Assembly: GCA_038801785.1 (NCBI GenBank)
Contig: JAULTD010000001.1
Span: 441,568 to 505,567 of the forward strand
Length of the DNA: 64,000 bases
Reading direction: 5' to 3'
From: Candidatus Methanomethylicaceae archaeon GD_Cm_T35_P0_bin.15
GTDB lineage: Archaea; Thermoproteota; Methanomethylicia; Methanomethylicales; Methanomethylicaceae
Numbering within the stretch: the first letter of the stretch is position 1; each line of letters opens with the position of its first letter. The notes under the pieces are model-generated. The model did no database searches, was not told where the DNA came from, and was given only the letters and a program-made list of their open reading frames with translations. The translations under genes were made by a program, and so were the position numbers. This document shows, piece by piece, positions 59,577 through 64,000 of this stretch.

Positions 59577-60038
59577 TTAGACCTCGAGCGCTGCGGGGCT
59601 CCTGCGGCTCCGGCGGAGCATGTACCCCTGCCGCGGCTGGGGCGGCGCGCCCCGTATCCTGCTCTCCACGACGGCCCTGAAGGCGCGGACGAGGTCGTTG
59701 ACGATCTCGCTGTTGCGGTTGACCCTGATCATCTTGGCCCAGCTCCTCTCGGTCCTGTAGTTGATCTCGGTGAGTATCCCTTCGTCTATCAGCTTCCTGC
59801 AGTTCGAGATGAGTGACGACTCGGAGATCCTGAGGACCTTGGCGAGCTCGCTGATGGGCATGACGGCGTCCTCTTCCTGCATTATGAGGTACTCGAGGAC
59901 GATGAGGCTGTTCCTGGTGAAGAGCCTGCTGAGAGTGCCCCTCCCCGCCCGCGCGGCCGTTCCTGCGCCTCCGCTGCAGACTGCCCGGTCCCGGGCCTGA
60001 GCGCCCCTGACCGCTGCCCTGCCCTCAGGCTCGATCAT
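59577..60038 (-). CDS. Winged-HTH transcriptional regulator
   Basis: ISELAKVLRISESSLISNCRKLIDEGIL; ATG 60038 overlaps the upstream stop. Confidence 0.8.
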   Translation of the reverse strand: MIEPEGRAAVRGAQARDRAVCSGGAGTAARAGRGTLSRLFTRNSLIVLEYLIMQEEDAVMPISELAKVLRISESSLISNCRKLIDEGILTEINYRTERSWAKMIRVNRNSEIVNDLVRAFRAVVESRIRGAPPQPRQGYMLRRSRRSPAALEV

Positions 60039-61069
60039 GGCGCACCTGCAGGCCTGAACATCCGGAACGTTGCCACTATAGTCTTGCCGTCGGGCAGCAG
60101 ACCGCTCCTCTCTATGGATACGTGCTCCCCGGAGGACCTGGCCAGGGCGAGGGCGATCGAGCTGCAGAGGGGGCATCCCAGCGATCCGCAGATGTAGGGC
60201 AGGCTGCACGCCTCCCTGCAGAGGCCGCTGTATACCGATTTTTTGAGACGCACGGTCGCCGTCCCGCCGCTAATCGTCATACGGGTATCCCCGGCGATCT
60301 CTAGGTCCCTGAATAGCTCCTCCAGCCTCCCGGGGAGGGCGGCCAGTTTCGTCTGGGAGAAGGGCGCCCCCATCTCGTCCTCCAGGAGGTTGGCGAGGGC
60401 GAGCCCCGGCGGGGCCAGACAGATACCGGGGGGGTCCCCGGCCACCGAACTCCCGCCGGCGGCCTTTGCAGGGGGGGCGGGCGAGGCGGGGACGAAGACG
60501 GTCCCGCCGCGGATGTCCCGCGCGTGGGCCGGCGGGAGGTAGACGGCGGTTCCGTTGAGATTAAGGTCTGCCAGCATCCGGTCTATGTCCACCAGAAGGG
60601 GGAGCGTGCTGGCGTCGAGCAGGATGGCCTTGGCGTATCTCCCCGGCATCACTAGGAGGAGGACCGCCCCCCAGAAGACGAGGCCCAGTCCGATCATCGC
60701 ATGGAGCGAGGAGGCGGTCAGCGTGGAGATGGCGAGGGCAGTGGCGCCTGCTAGGATGAGGATCGCCGCGGCGGCCCGTGAGGGCCTGCGCCTCGACTTG
60801 CGGAGGGCGAGCTTCAGGGCGGACCTCTCCCTCTCCAAGCGGTCTATCCGCTCCTGCAGGCTGGCTGTGGCAGCCGATGTGTGGGCGTACTCGTGGTCTG
60901 CGACCCGGGGGCCGCCAGCGAGCCGGGGCCGTGATTGCGTTGATGGCGGCGGTGTTGGTGTTGTTGGTGATGGTGATGGTGATGGTGATGTTTGTGGTGA
61001 TGGCGGTGTTGGTGTTGTTGGTGATGGTGGCTGCTGCCCTCTTGTCTCCGGACCCGGTTCCGCAGTCAT
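60035..61069 (-). CDS. Membrane-anchored protein: Pro/Ser/Thr-rich tail, coiled coil, 2 TMs, AVYLP motif, Cys-rich V4R-like domain
   Basis: TAVYLP, APPGLAL, CREACSLPYICGSLGCPLCSSIA; paralog of 52005-52841. Confidence 0.72.
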   Translation of the reverse strand: MTAEPGPETRGQQPPSPTTPTPPSPQTSPSPSPSPTTPTPPPSTQSRPRLAGGPRVADHEYAHTSAATASLQERIDRLERERSALKLALRKSRRRPSRAAAAILILAGATALAISTLTASSLHAMIGLGLVFWGAVLLLVMPGRYAKAILLDASTLPLLVDIDRMLADLNLNGTAVYLPPAHARDIRGGTVFVPASPAPPAKAAGGSSVAGDPPGICLAPPGLALANLLEDEMGAPFSQTKLAALPGRLEELFRDLEIAGDTRMTISGGTATVRLKKSVYSGLCREACSLPYICGSLGCPLCSSIALALARSSGEHVSIERSGLLPDGKTIVATFRMFRPAGAP

Positions 61070-61082
61070 GCCGCCAACCTGC

Positions 61083-62300
61083 CTACGCCCCCCTGCCGTA
61101 AAGCCTGAAGTAGAGCGAGTAGAGCCTGTTGACCAAAGGGTTGTCCTTGGAGCACCGGAACTTCCATGTCGCCCAGTCGCAGGCGGCGCTGAGGAGGCCC
61201 CTGCGGACCAGCCTCGCCTCGCGGTTTATCTCGTATTTGGAGGTCCACTGGAACTTGTATGGCTCGTTCCCCCGCAGCAGGTCGTATGTCTCGAAGCCCC
61301 TCCTTATGTACCTGTCAAGGGTCATCAGGACGGTCACGTTCCCTACGGCGTAGCGGGAGAACGCCGGGTCGAACCCGCTCAGGTAGGACGATGCCCTCCG
61401 GCCCATCTCAAAGTTGTACTCTGCCGAGACGGGGATCCCGTCCGCGGTCAGGAAGTACAGCCCGAGCTGGTCCTTCTCGGCAAAGCGCCTCGCGACGTCG
61501 AGGTGGAACTCCCGGAAGCTCGCCTCCTTGAACTCGCCCGGCATGCCCTTCCCGATCCACCGCATCTGGTGGAGCTTTATGAAGGCGTCCATCGCCTCGG
61601 TCAAGGACATGTCCATCTCGTCGTACCTCTTCAGCTCGACGGCATGGTCGTTCCTGATCCGCCTCGAGAACCTGTTGAGGTTGTGCCTCCACCTCCCGTC
61701 CAGCCCTTTCATCAGGGCGTCAAAAGAGCGAGGGAGGGGGATGTAGGGGCAGACGTTGCATACGCGCTCCCTGAGGCTCAGCCTGCCGGAGAGGTCCGAG
61801 CCAAGCGACCTGATGGAATCGAGCGTCGTGGAGGAATCCGGCAGCTCGTTCAGCTCGATCCAGTCGCAGTCCTCAAAGTTGTCGAGGAGGTAGCCAACTA
61901 TCGAGCGGAGGCACCTGTACTCGTCCCGGACTATGATGAAGTTGTGGTAGTCGGAGATGGGCGACCCCAAGAACTGTATCTTCCTGATCCTGCCCAGCCC
62001 CGGAAGGCGGTACCGCGTCTTCATCATGGGCGCCAGGGCCAGGGGCTTCCCGTCCTCCTGGACCATGAGGACGACCATCTTATTGCCGGAGCCGTAGTGC
62101 CTCCACCATGCGTCCACCCAGTCCCAGGTCAGGAATATGTTGTCGCGGAGGGGGCTGGCCGCGAGCAGCGACGGCCACGTCCCCTCGAGGGAGGCGAGGT
62201 CGTTGAACTCGGTGACCCGCAGGCCTGAGGGCTTGCTCACAACGCCCTGCTCGGTGGTCATCTCAGAAAGCCCGGGTGATCGCCCCGGTCCTGCGGGCAC
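61083..62300 (-). CDS. CelD/BcsL-type GNAT (Acetyltransf_6, FemAB-like fold)
   Basis: FLTWDWVDAWW, LALAP, SDY, LHQMRW, FREFH, YDLLRGNEPYK; start may be 62261. Confidence 0.88.
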   Translation of the reverse strand: MPAGPGRSPGLSEMTTEQGVVSKPSGLRVTEFNDLASLEGTWPSLLAASPLRDNIFLTWDWVDAWWRHYGSGNKMVVLMVQEDGKPLALAPMMKTRYRLPGLGRIRKIQFLGSPISDYHNFIIVRDEYRCLRSIVGYLLDNFEDCDWIELNELPDSSTTLDSIRSLGSDLSGRLSLRERVCNVCPYIPLPRSFDALMKGLDGRWRHNLNRFSRRIRNDHAVELKRYDEMDMSLTEAMDAFIKLHQMRWIGKGMPGEFKEASFREFHLDVARRFAEKDQLGLYFLTADGIPVSAEYNFEMGRRASSYLSGFDPAFSRYAVGNVTVLMTLDRYIRRGFETYDLLRGNEPYKFQWTSKYEINREARLVRRGLLSAACDWATWKFRCSKDNPLVNRLYSLYFRLYGRGA

Positions 62301-62354
62301 GGCAGATGCGGCGCTGCCGCCCCGGCTGTGCGCCCGGTGCCATCCCCTGCATGC

Positions 62355-63152
62355 TCAGTCTAGGCATGGCTTCCCGCCCCCCCCGCCCTCCATCAGCCGG
62401 ACGAGGGAGAGGTACTTCTCCTTGGGGCACCTGAAGAACGCCTCGCAGTACTCGACATTGCTCCCGGCACCCATGGAGCGGTAGAGGTTCAGCCCGCGTA
62501 TCTTGGACGGGTAGTCTATGACGCAGACCTGGCTCCTGTGCTCTCCTATGGCGCGCACCTTTATGTCCATCAAGCCGCTTATGTCCACCAGCACGTTGGG
62601 GAGGAGCGGTGACCAGACCTCGTACCCGTAGTAGTCAGCGTCCCCTTCCCACCTCCCCAGGGCCTCAGCCACTATCCTGATCGTCGCCATGTGGTCGGGG
62701 TGGTTGTCTATGAAGAAGGGCGCGTAGACCGACCTCGGACGGTACTCGTCGAGGACCCTGAGGACGGCGCCGACTGACGAGCTGTCGCACCTGAGCGAGG
62801 CGTCGGGAAACCCTAGGAAGGTGGCCTCTTCGCTGCCGATGCCCAGGACGCGGAGCGCCGAGAGGGCCTCTTCCCGCCTTATCCCCGCTAGCTCGTCGGG
62901 CCTGAACGCATCGTTCCCCATCCCCCCGTCCGTCATGTAGACGACCCTGACCCGGGACCCGCTCCTAGCGTACCTGTGCATCGTTCCCCCGCAGCCTATG
63001 ACGTCGTCGTCCGGGTGGGGGGAGACGACGAGCACTCTGCCGCGATCCGAGTCGGGGTCCTCCAGCCTCGCGACGGTGGTCTGCCCGCGGACGGCTGAGA
63101 GGAGGGCGATGATGCCGGCCTTCGTCCTTGCGAGCCGGTCTATGCCAAACAT
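62355..63152 (-). CDS. PIG-L/LmbE-family N-acetylsugar deacetylase
   Basis: SPHPDDD..GCGG, MTDG, RREEA, HPDH. Confidence 0.93.
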   Translation of the reverse strand: MFGIDRLARTKAGIIALLSAVRGQTTVARLEDPDSDRGRVLVVSPHPDDDVIGCGGTMHRYARSGSRVRVVYMTDGGMGNDAFRPDELAGIRREEALSALRVLGIGSEEATFLGFPDASLRCDSSSVGAVLRVLDEYRPRSVYAPFFIDNHPDHMATIRIVAEALGRWEGDADYYGYEVWSPLLPNVLVDISGLMDIKVRAIGEHRSQVCVIDYPSKIRGLNLYRSMGAGSNVEYCEAFFRCPKEKYLSLVRLMEGGGGGKPCLD

Positions 63153-63219
63153 GATCAGATGATCAGCCCCCTGGCCGGTCGGCGGCTGCCGTCTTGCTCA
63201 TTGCTCATTACGCAATACT

Positions 63220-63300
63220 CATCCCTCATCCTTCATCGCTCATCCCTCATCCCTCATCCTCATCCTCATCCTTATCCTTATCCTCATCCTCATCCTCATC
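63220..63300. repeat. (CATCCT)n-type hexamer/heptamer microsatellite
   Basis: Read directly. Confidence 0.85.
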
Positions 63301-63826
63301 GCTCATTGGGCAGCCCGCGCCGGCCGGCTCCCCTGCGGCGGATGGAGGGCGCCCGTATCGCTGAGCACTCTGCCGCGAACGACGCGATCCGCCAGCTCAG
63401 GGTAGCAGATCCCGTCCGGTTGTACCCGCCGGTGCGATCGCCTTCCCCATGCGCCCTTCTGCTCCCCCCGCCATCCATCCCCGTCGACCCCGCGGATGCT
63501 GGCGGAGCCGGCGTCGGGGGCGATGTCAAGGGTGATGCGGGTGCCGGCATACGTTCTGATGCGGATGATGACACGGGCAGGGGCAGGGGCGCAGACGCGG
63601 ATCCCGGCGGCAGTACTGGCGATGCCGGCACAGCTACGGGTACCTGCGATTCCCTTCCGTTCTCTGATGCCGTCACCGGCTTTCCTTCCTGCGCCTCCGC
63701 CGGCGCCCCCCTCAGGGTCCCAGGCACTGCCCCTGCTCCCTCCGCCGCGACCCCTCCCGGCTCTGCCCCCTGCGGACCCTTCCCAGCCCGCCGGGGCGCC
63801 GTCATATGTGTGCGGTTTTCACCCAT
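63296..63826 (-). CDS. Possible disordered Pro/Ala/Gly/Ser-rich protein
   Basis: ATG overlaps the end of the upstream gene and the ORF fills the gap; no recognisable domain. Confidence 0.35.
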   Translation of the reverse strand: MGENRTHMTAPRRAGKGPQGAEPGGVAAEGAGAVPGTLRGAPAEAQEGKPVTASENGRESQVPVAVPASPVLPPGSASAPLPLPVSSSASERMPAPASPLTSPPTPAPPASAGSTGMDGGGSRRAHGEGDRTGGYNRTGSATLSWRIASFAAECSAIRAPSIRRRGAGRRGLPNER

Positions 63827-64000
63827 AGCTGAAGAGGATCGCCCTCGAGTTGTCGTAGATGCGGTTCAGGCTTGGGCTCTCCAGGAGCCGGGAGACCTCG
63901 GTCTCGTTGAATACCTGCGGTTCCCCCCTGCCGGTGGCGAAGTGGAGGTACTGGGGGCCGTACGAGAGGTAGAGGTAGTAGTCGGTCCTCCCGAGCTCCA
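63819..64000 (-). CDS. C-terminus of a DUF2206-like membrane protein (5' truncated by window edge)
   Basis: Translated by hand: ...YYLYLSYG...LNRIYDNSRAILFSYG*; resembles the NKLYDNG end of 36256-38430. Confidence 0.65.
   Translation of the reverse strand, partial: ELGRTDYYLYLSYGPQYLHFATGRGEPQVFNETEVSRLLESPSLNRIYDNSRAILFSYG

Noticed and set aside
62261..63210. Phase variation by G runs upstream of the GNAT and PIG-L genes (upstream ATGs are one base out of frame)
   Set aside because: Runs are only 4-5 G and both genes have usable downstream starts; chance or sequencing error is as likely.

Overview
GC-rich archaeal chromosome segment, almost entirely coded on the minus strand. A TACK/Thermoproteota affiliation is inferred from the undivided rpoB, the absence of EF-2 between rps7 and EF-1alpha, the uS12 motif SRQPNSA and two intron-containing tRNAs. 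A Methanomethylicia-like lineage is a guess. Layout: (1) 1.5-14.9 kb is the core rpoH-rpoB-rpoA1-rpoA2-rpl30e-nusA-rps12-rps7-tuf-rps10 superoperon. It is interrupted by a methyltransferase and a DUF1801 pseudogene, RpoA'' and uS7 carry long disordered N-terminal extensions, and nusA appears to start at ACG. (2) 15-18.5 kb holds tRNA-Tyr, HtrA, an ArsB/NhaD-type permease and tRNA-Asp. (3) 18.5-24.2 kb is an accessory stretch with a decayed tRNA-adjacent islet, a flippase, a VapBC pair and a SocA/Panacea-like + PIN pair. (4) 24.3-64 kb is a >40 kb co-oriented cell-envelope glycan locus. Its host-like scaffold (two DUF1616, MoxR/DUF58/DUF4350/DUF4129, two membrane-anchored V4R-like paralogs, WecB, flippase, PIG-L + GNAT, a DUF2206-like gene) surrounds an AT-rich sugar-modification cassette whose junctions carry relics of neighbouring genes. 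All family assignments come from motif recognition by eye, with no database searches. Start codons were adjusted from the ORF track where overlaps or motifs suggested it.
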